Shown here in pieces: positions 1-10,521 of a stretch of DNA of 64,000 nucleotides. The first letter of the stretch is position 1. Each line of letters starts with the position of its first letter. The DNA is from an uncultured delta proteobacterium. Lineage in GTDB: Bacteria; Myxococcota; Myxococcia; Myxococcales; Myxococcaceae. The position numbers were made by a program, and so were the translations under genes. Below the pieces are notes generated by a model. That model did not search any database and was not told the DNA's origin. It was given only the letters and a program-made list of their open reading frames with translations. The DNA is taken from assembly GCA_963771175.1 (NCBI GenBank), contig CAVYSY010000054.1, forward strand, positions 96,001 to 160,000. The letters are read 5' to 3'.

Positions 1-288
1 CGAGGCGCGCACGGGCACGGCTCGCGCACCGGGCATGACGCGGCCGCTCTGGTCCGTCTGGAGGTTGCACGTCTGCACTGGCTCCTTGGTGGCGAAGGCG
101 ATGCCGGCCATGCCCTTGCCGTGGGGGATGGTGCGCACGGCGTTGACTACCGGGGGAGGGATGTTGAGTGCGGCCACCAGCTCGAGGGTCTCTCCGCGCC
201 GCAGGTGCACGGTGCCGGCCATGCCTCCCTCCTGGGAGGCGAAGGACTCCAACCACGACTGGTACGGCTGCTGATGAGATGCGTCCAT
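1..288 (-). CDS. Small GAF-domain protein (3' end runs off the window)
   Basis: Not in ORF track; hand translation from ATG 288: MDASHQQPYQSWLESF...AGTVHLRRGETLELVAALNIPPPVVNAVRTIPHGKGMAGIAFATKEPVQTCNLQTD, GAF-like GKGxAG pattern; open to position 1. Confidence 0.75.
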   Translation of the reverse strand, partial: MDASHQQPYQSWLESFASQEGGMAGTVHLRRGETLELVAALNIPPPVVNAVRTIPHGKGMAGIAFATKEPVQTCNLQTDQSGRVMPGARAVPVRAS

Positions 289-440
289 GGTCCGTCTCCG
301 CGGGGTGGGTGCGTGAACGGAGCCAATCTAGAAATCAAGCGGGTGAGCGCCACGCACGCCGCATGTTCCCATCGACGGATGCGCTCTCGAGCCGACGAAA
401 CGGGAGGACCCCGAGTGTGGACGGGGCCCTGGATTATCAC

Positions 441-1025
441 CTAGTGGGCTCTCTGGAGCGTCTCCAGGCGCAGCACGCGGGCGGGATTGCCGAGCGCCAG
501 GTGACCGGGTGGCACCGACGTGGTCACCACGCTCCCGGCGGAGATGACGGAGCCCGCTCCAATCTCCACACCGGGCTCGATGATGGCGCCGTGGGCAATC
601 CAGACATCGTCCCCAACCGTCACCGGAGCCGGTTTCCCCTGGTGGCCGTCGGAGATGCGCACCCGCGAGGCAATCATGCAGCGGCGGCCAATCCGGACGC
701 TCTGGTGGGCCTCGATGGAGAAGCCGTAGTTGAAGATGCACCTCTCTCCGATGGAGAGGTGGGCGCCGGCATGGCAGCGCAGGTCCGACGGCAGCATCCC
801 GTCGGCGAAGCAGACCCGGTCTCCGATGGTGACGTGGCCCTCGGCGATGCAGTGCAGGTCCCCTGCCAGATAGACGTAGCGGCCGAGCTCGCAGTGGCGC
901 AGGACGAGCTGGGCCCGGGTGACGCCCAGCACCCGGTGCAAGAGCTGGCGCGCCTGGGCGGGGCTGGAGGTGAAGTACCGCAGCAGGTGGGCGAGCTCAC
1001 TTCTCGTGGGGACGAGCGTGTTCAT
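441..1025 (-). CDS. Hexapeptide-repeat (left-handed beta-helix) acyltransferase
   Basis: VTVGDDVWIAHGAIIEPGVEIGAGSVISAGSVVT...GNPARV; 4-bp overlap with upstream gene. Confidence 0.9.
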   Translation of the reverse strand: MNTLVPTRSELAHLLRYFTSSPAQARQLLHRVLGVTRAQLVLRHCELGRYVYLAGDLHCIAEGHVTIGDRVCFADGMLPSDLRCHAGAHLSIGERCIFNYGFSIEAHQSVRIGRRCMIASRVRISDGHQGKPAPVTVGDDVWIAHGAIIEPGVEIGAGSVISAGSVVTTSVPPGHLALGNPARVLRLETLQRAH

Positions 1026-1549
1026 GGGCTCCTCCTTTGGATGGAGGCGGGCGCGCCGCAGAGCTCGACTCCCGGCGGAAAGCGACGCGAGATGACGGTT
1101 CCCGAGCGGACGACCGTCCCCGCCCCCAGGTGGGTTCCCGGCAGGAGGATGCTCCGGACCCCCATCATCACCTCCTCGGCCACCTCCACCGGATGCGACT
1201 CCGGGAGCTCCAGCCGGTTCCCCTTCAGCGGGTGGAAGTGGTTGTCGATGATTTTGCAGTAGCCCCCCACGTGGCTGCGCGCGCCGATGTGCACCCGCTG
1301 GAGTGCCTCGATGGACGTGCCCCCCTCGATGTAGACGTCATCGTCGATGAGGAGCTCCGCACCGGAGCCGACATGCAGCTCGATGGGCGTGCGCCGGCCG
1401 TCGAGCATCACCCTCGCGCCGAGCCGGATGCGGCCTCCCCCGCGGATGCAGAGCCTCCCCTGGGCCAGGGTGCCAGGGCCCACCTCGGTGCAGTGCCGGA
1501 GCCGGAGTCGGGACGCCAGGGCGGTCCCCAGGGAAATAGAGAGCACCAT
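1022..1549 (-). CDS. Hexapeptide-repeat acyltransferase
   Basis: IIDNHFHP...VMMGVRSILLPGTHLGAGTVVRSGTVIS...GAPA. Confidence 0.9.
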   Translation of the reverse strand: MVLSISLGTALASRLRLRHCTEVGPGTLAQGRLCIRGGGRIRLGARVMLDGRRTPIELHVGSGAELLIDDDVYIEGGTSIEALQRVHIGARSHVGGYCKIIDNHFHPLKGNRLELPESHPVEVAEEVMMGVRSILLPGTHLGAGTVVRSGTVISRRFPPGVELCGAPASIQRRSP

Positions 1550-1553
1550 GCCC

Positions 1554-1820
1554 TCACCCCTTCCTCTTGCGGTTCACGAAGGCCGTGAGCCGCGAGATGG
1601 TGTCGAGGTTCTCCGGGAGGATTTCCGCGTCCGCCACGGTGAGGCCGAGGTCGTGCTCGAGGAAGCCGACCAGCTCGAGCACCCCCGTCGAGTCGATGAT
1701 GCCGCTGTCGAGCAGCGACGCCTCGTCCGAGAGACTGGCGGGGTTGGCGACGTAGAAGTTGTGGAGAACGAAGTGCCGGAGGGTGGCACGGACGTCGGAT
1801 TCTGGGACCGTGGCTATCAT
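1554..1820 (-). CDS. Acyl carrier protein
   Basis: 88 aa acidic, GIIDSTGVLELV phosphopantetheine Ser motif, ENLDTI tail; ATGA overlap with ligase. Confidence 0.92.
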   Translation of the reverse strand: MIATVPESDVRATLRHFVLHNFYVANPASLSDEASLLDSGIIDSTGVLELVGFLEHDLGLTVADAEILPENLDTISRLTAFVNRKRKG

Positions 1821-3379
1821 ATGAGCTCCGTCTTCTTGATCTTGCCCGTGCTCGTCTTCGGCAGGGCCGGGACGAGCACGAACGTTGGGGGACCATGAAG
1901 GTCTCCAGGTGGGCCTGGCACTCGCGCAGGAGCTCCGCCTCGGTGAGCGTCACTCCGGCCTCGAGGACGACGAAGGCCTTGACCGCCTGGCCGAGCAGCT
2001 CGTCGGGGACGCCGATCACCGCCGCCTCCTTGACGCCCGGGATGTTGGTGAGGGCGTTCTCGACCTCCTTGGGCGCCACCTTCTCGCCGCGGGACTTGAT
2101 GATGTCGTCCATGCGGCCGACGAAGTACAGGTAGCCCTCCTCGTCGAGCCGGCAGAAGTCGCCGGTGTAGAGCACCAGCTCGCCGGGCAGCGGCCCGGGC
2201 CGGAGCTTCTTCGCCGTCTCCTCGGGCTTCTCCCAGTAGCCCTGCATCACCGTGGCGCCGCGGATGACGAGCTGGCCCACCTCGTTCGGCGCCGAGCCGG
2301 CGGCCCTCCTCGTCGACGAGCCACAGCTCGGTGTTGGGGATGGCGATGCCCACGCTGTCCGGCTTGCGGTCGAGGTCCTCCGGCGGCAGGTACGTGCAGC
2401 GCTTGCACTCGGTGAGGCCGTACATCGAGTAGATGCGGGCCTGGGGGAAGAGCCGCTGGAGCATCCGGATGTGCTTGACGGGCAGCGCCGCCGCGGTGTT
2501 GGTCACGTAGCGGATGCGTGACAGGTCATAGGTCTCGAGCGACTTCAGCTCCGCGAGGATGGCGAAGATGGTGGGCACGCCGGGAAAGCCCGTCACCCCC
2601 TCGTTCGCCATCAGGCTCAGGACCTGCGCCGGGTACGCGAAGGAGCGCTCGAGCACCAGACGCGCGCCCATCCGGAAGGCCATGATCATCTGGTAGAGCC
2701 CGTAGTCGAAGGCCAGCGGCAGCACGCCGAGGATGACGTCGTCCTCGACGTTTCGCAGGTAGGTGGTGATGGAGGTCGCCGCGGTGAGCATGTTGCGGTG
2801 GGTGAGCATCACGCCCTTCGGGTCGCCCGTGCTGCCCGAGGTGTAGATGATGGCGGCCAGGTCGATGTCGAGGTTGGTGCGGGGCGGAGGGGAGTCGGTG
2901 GGCTCGGCGGCCAGGGCACCCTCGAAGGACGCCGCGGGCAGGTCCCCGAGCGGCGCCGCGTCGAGGGCCCCCGAGACGAGCAGCGTCCTCAGGTGGGGGC
3001 CGCGGCGGGCCGCCTCGGCGACGACGCCGGCCAGGTGCGCGTCGGTGATGAGGCCGGCGGCGCGGCAGTCATTGAGGAGGTAGGCGAGCTTGTCGACCTT
3101 CGTCAGCGGGTTAACCATGGAGACGACGGCGTTGGCCTTGAGCACGGCCCAGAAGGAGATGACGGTCTCGACGGTGTTGTCGGCGAAGACGACGACGCGG
3201 TCGCCGCGCTGCACCCCGCGCCGGACGAGGGCGTGCGCGAGCGCGTTGGAGCGCTCGTCGAGCTCGGCGTAGGTGAGCCGCTGGCCCCGGCAGACGAGCG
3301 CGACCTTGTCGGGCAGCCGGCGGGCCGAGTGCTGCAGGTAGTCGTGGAGCTGGGGAATGGCGTGGTCGAGCGTTTCCAT
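1817..3379 (-). CDS. AMP-dependent acyl-CoA/acyl-ACP ligase (apparent frameshifts near 2290 and 1890)
   Basis: YTSGSTGDPKG, YGLTE, YTGD, GRMDDIIKSRGEKV, LPKTSTGKIKK spread over frames; start METLDHAIPQ. Confidence 0.92.
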   Translation of the reverse strand: METLDHAIPQLHDYLQHSARRLPDKVALVCRGQRLTYAELDERSNALAHALVRRGVQRGDRVVVFADNTVETVISFWAVLKANAVVSMVNPLTKVDKLAYLLNDCRAAGLITDAHLAGVVAEAARRGPHLRTLLVSGALDAAPLGDLPAASFEGALAAEPTDSPPPRTNLDIDLAAIIYTSGSTGDPKGVMLTHRNMLTAATSITTYLRNVEDDVILGVLPLAFDYGLYQMIMAFRMGARLVLERSFAYPAQVLSLMANEGVTGFPGVPTIFAILAELKSLETYDLSRIRYVTNTAAALPVKHIRMLQRLFPQARIYSMYGLTECKRCTYLPPEDLDRKPDSVGIAIPNTELWLVDEEGRRLGAERGGPARHPRRHGDAGLLGEARGDGEEAPARAAARRAGALHRRLLPARRGGLPVLRRPHGRHHQVPRREGGAQGGRERPHQHPGRQGGGGDRRPRRAARPGGQGLRRPRGRSDAHRGGAPARVPGPPGDLHGPPTFVLVPALPKTSTGKIKKTELI

Positions 3380-3381
3380 GT

Positions 3382-5411
3382 TCAGGCTCCCAGGCGCTCG
3401 ATGAGCGTCTCGGGGGTGACGGGGCCGGCGGAGGGCGCGGCGCGCAGCAATTGCCGGTGCAGCAGCTGCGTCGAGAGGACGCCGACGAGGGCCATGTTGT
3501 CGGTGTTGGAGAACTGGGCGCGTCGGGCCTGGGCCTGGCACTTGGCCCACAGGCGCGCGACGGCAGCGGGCTCGAAGACGCCCGCCTCGCGCAGGGCGGC
3601 CTCGCCCAGCACCTCGTCCACCCACTCGGGGCGCTTGTCCCCCACGAAGCGACAGCGCGTCCGGCGCGCGGTAGGGCTGCTTCTTGCGCCGCAGGATCGC
3701 GGCGGGCAGGAGCTCCTCGGCGGCGCGCTTGAGGACGTGCTTCTCGTCGAGGACGCGCAGCTTGTAGGACGGGGGCAGCGAGCTCGCGAGCGCCACCACG
3801 TCGGTGTCGAGGAAGGGGAAGCGGCCCTCGACCGAGTGCGCCATCAGCATGCGGTCGCCCTGCGAGGAGAGGAGGTAGCCGGAGAGCAGCGTGCGGATCT
3901 CGAGGTACTGGTCCTGCGCGAGGGCGACCAGCGGGCGAACTCCGGCGGGCAGCGTGTCGAGCAGCCGCGGCGACGACGTCGCAGCCCGCTCGGCCGCCCG
4001 CCGCATGCTCGGCGCGAGAAGAGCCGCTTGAGGGCGCTGGTGGTGTGCCAGCGCGGCTCGTGCGCGAAGCCGGGCTCGCCGCCACGCCGCGAGGTCGCGG
4101 CCGAAGAACTGCCGCGCCATCGCCCGCTGGGAGACCGGCGAGCGCGCGAGGTACGGGATAGAGCCGCTCGAGCAGGCGCGGCCGCAGCCGCGAGCCGGGC
4201 TGCCGCGCCCAGAAGCGGCGCACCTTCGCCCTCGCGGAAGAGGTCGTAGCCGGCGAACATCTCGTCGGCGCCCTCGCCGGTGAGCACGACCTTGATGCCG
4301 GCCTCGCGCACGAGCCGCGAGAGCAGGAAGAGCGGCGCCGGCGCGGTGCGCAGGAGCGGCCGCTCGGCGTGGGCGACGACCTCCGGGAAGACGCGCGGCG
4401 ATGTCCTCGCGCGACACGACGACCTCGCGGTGCTCGCTGCCGAGCCGCTGGCCATGAGCGCGCTGGAACTCCGTCTCGTCGTACTCGGCGTCGTCGAAGC
4501 GCAGCGAGAAGGTGCGAAAGCGGCTCCCCCGTGGCGTCGCGCCCGAGCGCGGCGACGAGCGAGCTGTCGAGGCCGCCGGAGAGGTAGCTGCCCGACCGGC
4601 ACGTCGGCGCGCAGCATGCGCAGGCGGGTCGCCTCCTGCGAGCGCGTCGCGCACCGCGCTCCGCCGCCTCGTCGAGCGAGCCGTGGAAGCCGCCCGTCGC
4701 CGGCCTCCGGGAAGCGCGGCTGCCAGAAGGGACGCTCGTGGCGCGCTCCGCCGCGCCGCGAGGTGCGCACGTGGCCGGGCTCGCAGCTCCGTCGACGCCC
4801 GCGAAGACGCTCTGCGGCGGCACCACGCGTCCAGAAGGTGAAGGTCTCGCTCGAGGCCCGACCGGGTCGAACGCGCGCGGCAGCGAGGGCTCGCCGGCGA
4901 AGATGCGCCTTCACCTCGCTCGCGAAGCACGAGCCGCCCGTCGTGCTCGCACGACGTAGAGCGGGCGCACGCCGAGCCGGTCGCGCGCGAGCACGAGCGT
5001 CTCCTCGCGCGTCGTCCCAGAGCGCGACGGCGAACTGGCCGTTGAAGCGCTCGAAGGCGCCTTCGCCCCACTCCTCGTAGGCGTGGACGATGACCTCGGT
5101 GTCGCTCCGCGTGCGGAAGCGGTGGCCCAGCGCGCGAGCTCCTCCCGCAGCTCGACGTAGTTGAAGATCTCGCCGTTGAAGACGACCCAGAGCGTGCCGT
5201 CCTCGTTGGCGAGCGGCTGCTGGCCGGTGGCGAGGTCGATGATCGAGAGCCGCGCGTGGGCGAGGCCCGCGCGGCGCGATCGCGATAGACGCCGAACTCG
5301 TCGGGGCCGCGGTGGCGCAGAGCGCGCCGACCATCCGCAGCGAGCTGCGTCGCGCGTCGGGCGGCGGCCGCGGCCTCCCGGAGGCGCGACGATGCCGGCG
5401 ATGCCGCACAT
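3382..5411 (-). CDS. asnB: Asparagine synthase (glutamine-hydrolysing) family amidotransferase, many indels
   Basis: MCGIAG N-terminus, [49 protein letters not shown]. Confidence 0.92.
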
Positions 5412-5416
5412 CGACG

Positions 5417-6400
5417 TCAGACCTCGCCGGACCGGCTGCGACCAGCAGCGGCGGCGCGTGCAGGTAGCGGGTCGGCGCGCCGCTTGGCTGTCGATGTCCC
5501 GGTAGACGCGCTCGACCTGCGCCTCGGTCGAGGCCGACCGCCGGCGCCACCTCCGCGGCGGGCACGCTGGTGGTCGTGCGCGTAGAGGCACAGGTCCATG
5601 CTGTCGTAGGGCAGCGCGAAGTAGAACTCCTCCTGCGTCTGCGGCATGCGAGTAGGTGTCGGTGGTCGGCGGGCGCGCGGCGGATCTCCTCGGGCACGCC
5701 GAGGTAGCTCGGCGAGCGCGTAGACCTGGGTCTTGTAGAGGTGGGCGATGGGCTTGAAGTCGGCGGCGCCGTCGCCCTGCTTGACGAAGAAGCCCTGGTC
5801 GTACTCGAGCCGGTTGGGCGTGCCCGCCACCGCGTAGTTGAGCCGGTCGGCGTGGTAGTACTCGATCATCTTGCGCACGCGCTGCTTGAAGTTGGTGGCG
5901 GCGACGAGCTGCAGGTAGGCGTCGAGCGGCATGCGCGCGGTGCGCAGCTCGCCCGCGGGGTCTGCGACGGTGAGCTGGGAGACGTTGAGGCGCTCGCTCT
6001 CGAGGATGGACGGCAGCGTCATCTTGCAGCGCCAGCCCTCGCCGTAGTCCGGGAAGACCGTGCGGATGGCCTCGTCCTGGCGCGCGTAGCAGCCGGCGGC
6101 GGCGAGCGTGGGCGCGATGTCCTCGACGGCGGACGCGACGCCGAGCGCCTCGACCACCTGGCGGCCGAGGCGCAGCGAGTCGGCGGAGGAGTCGCGCTCG
6201 GGCATGAGGAGGCCGAGCACCCGCTCCTGGCCGAGCGCCCGCGCGCAGAGCACGGCGACCACCGAGCTGTCGATGCCGCCGGAGACGCCGACGACCGCAC
6301 CGCGGCGCTTCAGGTCTCCGAGCACGTGCTCGCGGATGGCGAGCTCCGCGTCACGAGCGACCGACGCGGCGTCGATCTCGAGCACACTTTTCGAGAACAT
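5417..6400 (-). CDS. nadE: NH3-dependent NAD(+) synthase-like protein (indels in 3' third)
   Basis: [12 protein letters not shown]-loop, [33 protein letters not shown]; no glutaminase domain. Confidence 0.88.
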   Translation of the reverse strand: MFSKSVLEIDAASVARDAELAIREHVLGDLKRRGAVVGVSGGIDSSVVAVLCARALGQERVLGLLMPERDSSADSLRLGRQVVEALGVASAVEDIAPTLAAAGCYARQDEAIRTVFPDYGEGWRCKMTLPSILESERLNVSQLTVADPAGELRTARMPLDAYLQLVAATNFKQRVRKMIEYYHADRLNYAVAGTPNRLEYDQGFFVKQGDGAADFKPIAHLYKTQVYALAELPRRARGDPPRARRPPTPTRMPQTQEEFYFALPYDSMDLCLYAHDHQRARRGGGAGGRPRPRRRSSASTGTSTAKRRADPLPARAAAAGRSRSGEV

Positions 6401-6678
6401 GGGCGGCCCCCCCCGGGCTCCACTCCCTGCTGCATGGCCTTGGCTCCGCAAGGACCCTACGGGAGACGACCAGGGCATCCCTGGCATTGGATGCCAGGAT
6501 TGGCGTCTCACGGCAGAGTTTGTATAGGAGGGGAACTCGCCGCGAGCTGTGAAGCGAGGAGAAGACGGCTGCTTGACAATGAATTTCGGAAAAGGCGCTT
6601 CCGGACTTCAATGGGTTCGTGAGCCGACTTTTCTCCTGCCCAACCGTATGAGGCGCGCGGGACCGTCAGCGCGGCCAC

Positions 6679-7473
6679 TCACTGCCGAGCGATTGGGGCG
6701 GCGGCTTGGCGCTGAAGATGGGCGCGTAGCACTCTCCCTGGTGCTCGTAGAGATCGTCCGGGCATGGGGCCTTGAGCCGTGAGGCATCCAGCAGGCGCCC
6801 ACCAGCTCTACCTGGACGTGGCGAGTGCAGGGGGGGCGCTTCTGTCCTTTGAAGGGCTCGCGAGGCAGGGGCCGGGCGAGCACAGGCTCCCCCTGGGGCG
6901 TGGTGTCCGCGAGCCAACCGCTGCTGAAAGGGTCCGGCGTCTCGACTGCCGTCGGTACCTCGTGGCTCACGGGCGCTGGCGCGGCTCTCGCCAAGGGGTC
7001 CGCACCGCTCGGCGGTTGGGACTCGGGACACAGGCGGACCAGCGCGAAGAGCAGGGCACACACCCCGGCGGTGCCCGCCAGCACCAGCCCCAGGCGCCGC
7101 CAGGGGCGAGGCTCGTGGGAAGTAGGGACGACCTGGGCCATGCGCCCCACTCCCTCGCGCACCTCCTCGAACGTGCACACCAGCGACTCCACGGAGTGCC
7201 TGTCGGGGGCAACGGACCAGGGGGTGTGCTCCACCTCCATGGCGAGATAGCCCGGGGACGCCGAGGAGATGCAGCGCACCCTCCAGTCCGTCAGCGGCAC
7301 CCGTCCTCGGTGGCGGGCTTGAGCACCAGGGCCGTTGCCCCGCTCGTCTCGTGTGTGGCCCGGTAGAGCTCCCCCTGGCTGTGCGCGGCCTGCGGCACCT
7401 GCTCCTGGATGCGGTACGGCCCCAACTGCTCCGGTTCCTCCCGGCTCGACTCGGACTTCTTCTTCGTGCCCAC
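6679..7473 (-). CDS. Myxobacterial kinase-N-lobe-like membrane protein with C-terminal Cys-rich domain (copy 1, frameshifted)
   Basis: LGPYRIQEQV..GELYRATHETSGATALVLK, one TM helix, PFKGQKRPPC..GACWMP..APCPDDLYEHQGECYAP; indels near 7290, 6780, 6685. Confidence 0.7.
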
Positions 7474-7772
7474 GCGCGCTCCTCGCTGGCCTCTCCGCCT
7501 GCTCGAGGCCTGAGGCTTCTATCTGCACCGGGTTGAGCCCCCGCTCCAGGAGGTGCACGGTGCATCAGGGGGTGCCCTACTCCACAGGTGCTGAACCTCA
7601 CGCTCCGCGGCAGCGTGGCCCGGGCGCAGTGTCTGCATGAGCTGAGAACGGCCTCCGCGGCTGGCCTCACGTGGCTGGCGCAGCGCAGGGACAAGAGCGC
7701 CACCTTCCAGCTCGTGGGTCTCGGGCGCCCACTGAATGTGCAGAAGAGCCGGAATTCTGGCAACCTCGGGGG

Positions 7773-8312
7773 ATGAATTCACTGGCTCGTCGGTATCGAC
7801 TCACGCTCGTGTCGCTGCTCCTCGCGGGGACGGTGGGCTGCGACCAGGTCACCAAGCAACTGGCCATTCCGCAACTCCGTGACGAGCCTGCCCAAACCTT
7901 CCTGGGCGGGTTCCTGCGGCTCGCCTTCGCCGAGAATCCCGGCGCGTTCCTGAGCCTCGGCGGCGACCTTCCTGGCCCCGTGCGATTCTGGCTGCTCATC
8001 ACGGGCGTGGGCCTGCTCCTCCTCGGCGCGCTGCTCTACCTCGTGATGAGCCGCCGGCTCGGGCGTCTCCATTCCGCGGCGCTCGCCCTGGTCGTTGGCG
8101 GCGGAGTGAGCAACTGGTTCGACCGCCTGGTGAACGATGGACGTGTCGTGGACTTCATGAACCTCGGCATCGGCTCATTGCGCACTGGCATCTTCAACGT
8201 GGCGGACGTGGCCATCATGCTCGGCGCCGGACTGCTGCTTCTGGCTGCGCGAGGAGCGAACAGCGTTGGAGCAGGACCGGGGGGCTCTGACCAGGGGGGC
8301 TCCCTGGCGTGA
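7773..8312 (+). CDS. lspA: Lipoprotein signal peptidase II
   Basis: DQVTK, ENPGAFLSLG, GGGVSNWFDR, VVDFM, FNVAD motifs. Confidence 0.95.
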   Translation: MNSLARRYRLTLVSLLLAGTVGCDQVTKQLAIPQLRDEPAQTFLGGFLRLAFAENPGAFLSLGGDLPGPVRFWLLITGVGLLLLGALLYLVMSRRLGRLHSAALALVVGGGVSNWFDRLVNDGRVVDFMNLGIGSLRTGIFNVADVAIMLGAGLLLLAARGANSVGAGPGGSDQGGSLA

Positions 8313-8325
8313 GTGGGGGCCGCGC

Positions 8326-9474
8326 TCACGTGAGCGCGAAGGTGTAGCCCGCGACGAGCCCGAGCGTCACGATGACGAACAAGGCCGTGAGCGCCACCAT
8401 GAGGCCCTCGTGCACGCGCTCCCGCTTCCCCAGGAGCCCGAGCGCCAGGCACACCGGAAAGGCAATCATCACGTAGCGCGCGAGGCCTTGGATGGACTGG
8501 GTGGACAGCGGGAGGAGCAGGCCCAGGAGCACGTAGGCGGCGAGCGCCCACCGCTTGCGCCGGGCCCAGAACCCCACCGCCCAGAACCCCACCAGCGCGG
8601 CGGCGAAGTTGAGCAGCTTGAAGTTCCAGGGCACGGCCACCTCCCAGGGCCGCCGCAGGTAGTCCCACAGCGGGGCCAGGAAGAACCCGGCAGTGCGTCC
8701 CCAGGCGGACCTGGATGTCGCTGAACGCGAGCGCGTTGCCCGTGAGGTCTGTGCAGGAACGCGGCGAAGGCCAGCAACCCCACCGGCACGAGCAGCAGCC
8801 AGAGGGCATCGCGGCGTGGACGCCCCGGGTTGCGCTCGAGGTACAGCAGCGCGAGCGCGGGCAACAGCAGCAGCCCGTTGGGACGCGAGGCCGAGGCGAG
8901 CGCACCCGCGAGGCCCGCGAGCCACATCCGCCCCGTGGCCGCTCCCCAGAAGCTCGCGACGCACAGGAGCAGGAAGATGCGACTCGGTCGTGGGCAGCGA
9001 GAAGAAGACGCTCGTCGGCCACAGCGCCGTGTACAGGACGGCCCGGCGCGCCGCCGCCTCCTCCAGGCCGAGCGCCAGGGCCAGCTCATGGAGCAGCACG
9101 AGCGCGAGCAGCAGCAGCACCGTCGAGAGCACCATGCCCGTGACGCGCACCTCTCCCGTCACCTGCCCCGCCGCGCGCATGAGGAGTGGCATCACGGGGA
9201 AGAAGGCCCAGTTGTGTTGCCGGGCCACATCGAAGGGGATGGCCTCGTAGCCCTTCTCGGCGATGCCGACATACCACTCGCCATCTCCGCGCATCGCGAG
9301 CTCGGACAGCGCGGGTCCCCCACCGGCGGCCAGTCCCTCATTGCGCAACCCGGGCCAGGGCGGGCGGTTGGCGGGCACCAGCCCCACCAGCACGAGCGCG
9401 AGCACGAGGGCCCGGGAGACGAGGAAGGCCCACCCCGCCGAGCGCAGGGAACTCCATTGGCCCCCGGTTTTCAT
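8326..9474 (-). CDS. GT-C membrane mannosyltransferase (PIG-V-like), compensating indels about 8980 and 8700-8750
   Basis: DGEWYVGIAEKGY, NWAFFP, P..FFS..TES, RPNG, multiple TM helices. Confidence 0.8.
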   Translation of the reverse strand: MKTGGQWSSLRSAGWAFLVSRALVLALVLVGLVPANRPPWPGLRNEGLAAGGGPALSELAMRGDGEWYVGIAEKGYEAIPFDVARQHNWAFFPVMPLLMRAAGQVTGEVRVTGMVLSTVLLLLALVLLHELALALGLEEAAARRAVLYTALWPTSVFFSLPTTESHLPAPVRRELLGSGHGADVARGPRGCARLGLASQRAAAVARARAAVPRAQPGASTPRCPLAAARAGGVAGLRRVPAQTSRATRSRSATSRSAWGRTAGFFLAPLWDYLRRPWEVAVPWNFKLLNFAAALVGFWAVGFWARRKRWALAAYVLLGLLLPLSTQSIQGLARYVMIAFPVCLALGLLGKRERVHEGLMVALTALFVIVTLGLVAGYTFALT

Positions 9475-9484
9475 GCGCGGGAGT

Positions 9485-10402
9485 CTACTCACGGACCTTC
9501 CCGGACAGCCGCTCGGGAATGCGCGCAACGAGCACGTCGATGGCGGCGCGCACCTTCGAGGGCAGGTGCTTGTTCTGTGGCCAGACGGCGTAGATTTCAT
9601 TGCCGTAACGGCGCTCCTCCTCCAGCACCGTGACGAGCCGTCCGTCGCGCAGGCGCTCCGCGACGAGCCAGCACGGAAGCCACGCCAGTCCGGCGCCCTG
9701 CACCGCGGCGTCAGCGATGGTCTCCACGTCATCGAAGCGCAGGCGCGAGGGGACCGACACGAGCTGCTCGCCCCCCTGCCCATCCGGGAACCGCCAGGGT
9801 TTGGTGATGCCGTTGCGCCCATAGACGATGGCCTCATGGCCGTCCAACTCCCCGAGTGTCGCGGGACGGCCGTGCCTGGCGAGGTAGGCCGGCGCGGCGC
9901 AGACCACCATCTCCTGGGCGCCCAGCCTGCGAGCCGTCAGGCCGGCATGGTCCGCCAGGGGCGCGACGCGCACCGCCAGGTCGTAGCCCTCCTCGATGAG
10001 GTCCACCACGCGGTCACTGAAGGAGACCTCCACCTCCAGCCTGGGATGCTGGTGGGCCAGCTCCCAGAGCAGGGGGGCCGCGCAGTGCCGGCCAAACATC
10101 ACCGGCGCACTCACTCGGAGGCGGCCGGTAGGGGCGCGGCGGCCAGAGTCAAGCGCCGCCGTGCCTGCCTCCAGCTCCGCCAGCGCGCGCACGCAGCGCT
10201 CGTAGAAGGCCTGACCATCCTCGGTGAGGCTCTGCCGCCGTGTGGTGCGCAGGAACAGGCGCGCTCCCAGGTGCGCCTCCAGCCGGGCAATGCTCTTGCC
10301 CACAGCCGAGCGCGACAGGCCCATTCGCTCGGCGGCGAGCGAGAAGCTCCCGGCCTCGGCGGCCTGGACGAACGCGAGGATTCCGCTGAAGCGCTCCATC
10401 AT
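9485..10402 (-). CDS. LysR-family regulator (CrgA-like)
   Basis: GSFSLAAERMGLSRSAVGKSIARLEAHLGARLFLRTTR; divergent from dehydrogenase. Confidence 0.95.
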   Translation of the reverse strand: MMERFSGILAFVQAAEAGSFSLAAERMGLSRSAVGKSIARLEAHLGARLFLRTTRRQSLTEDGQAFYERCVRALAELEAGTAALDSGRRAPTGRLRVSAPVMFGRHCAAPLLWELAHQHPRLEVEVSFSDRVVDLIEEGYDLAVRVAPLADHAGLTARRLGAQEMVVCAAPAYLARHGRPATLGELDGHEAIVYGRNGITKPWRFPDGQGGEQLVSVPSRLRFDDVETIADAAVQGAGLAWLPCWLVAERLRDGRLVTVLEEERRYGNEIYAVWPQNKHLPSKVRAAIDVLVARIPERLSGKVRE

Positions 10403-10521
10403 GACTCCGCTCTCATTGGCGACTTCGTGTCCGCGGTGAACCGACGGGATGTCGCTACTGGAGAAATCCTCTCGCCTCTATATCCCCCTCGACTCTTCCA
10501 CGCACTGACCGGGAGCAGACG

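Noticed and set aside
1817..5071. 1084-aa AsnB-ligase fusion
   Set aside because: Artefact of indels: asnB has its own stop at 3382 and the ligase its own ATG at 3379
6477..6500. Hairpin CTGGCAT-tgg-ATGCCAG upstream of nadE as sigma54 promoter
   Set aside because: GG-N10-GC spacing not met on either strand; function unsupported
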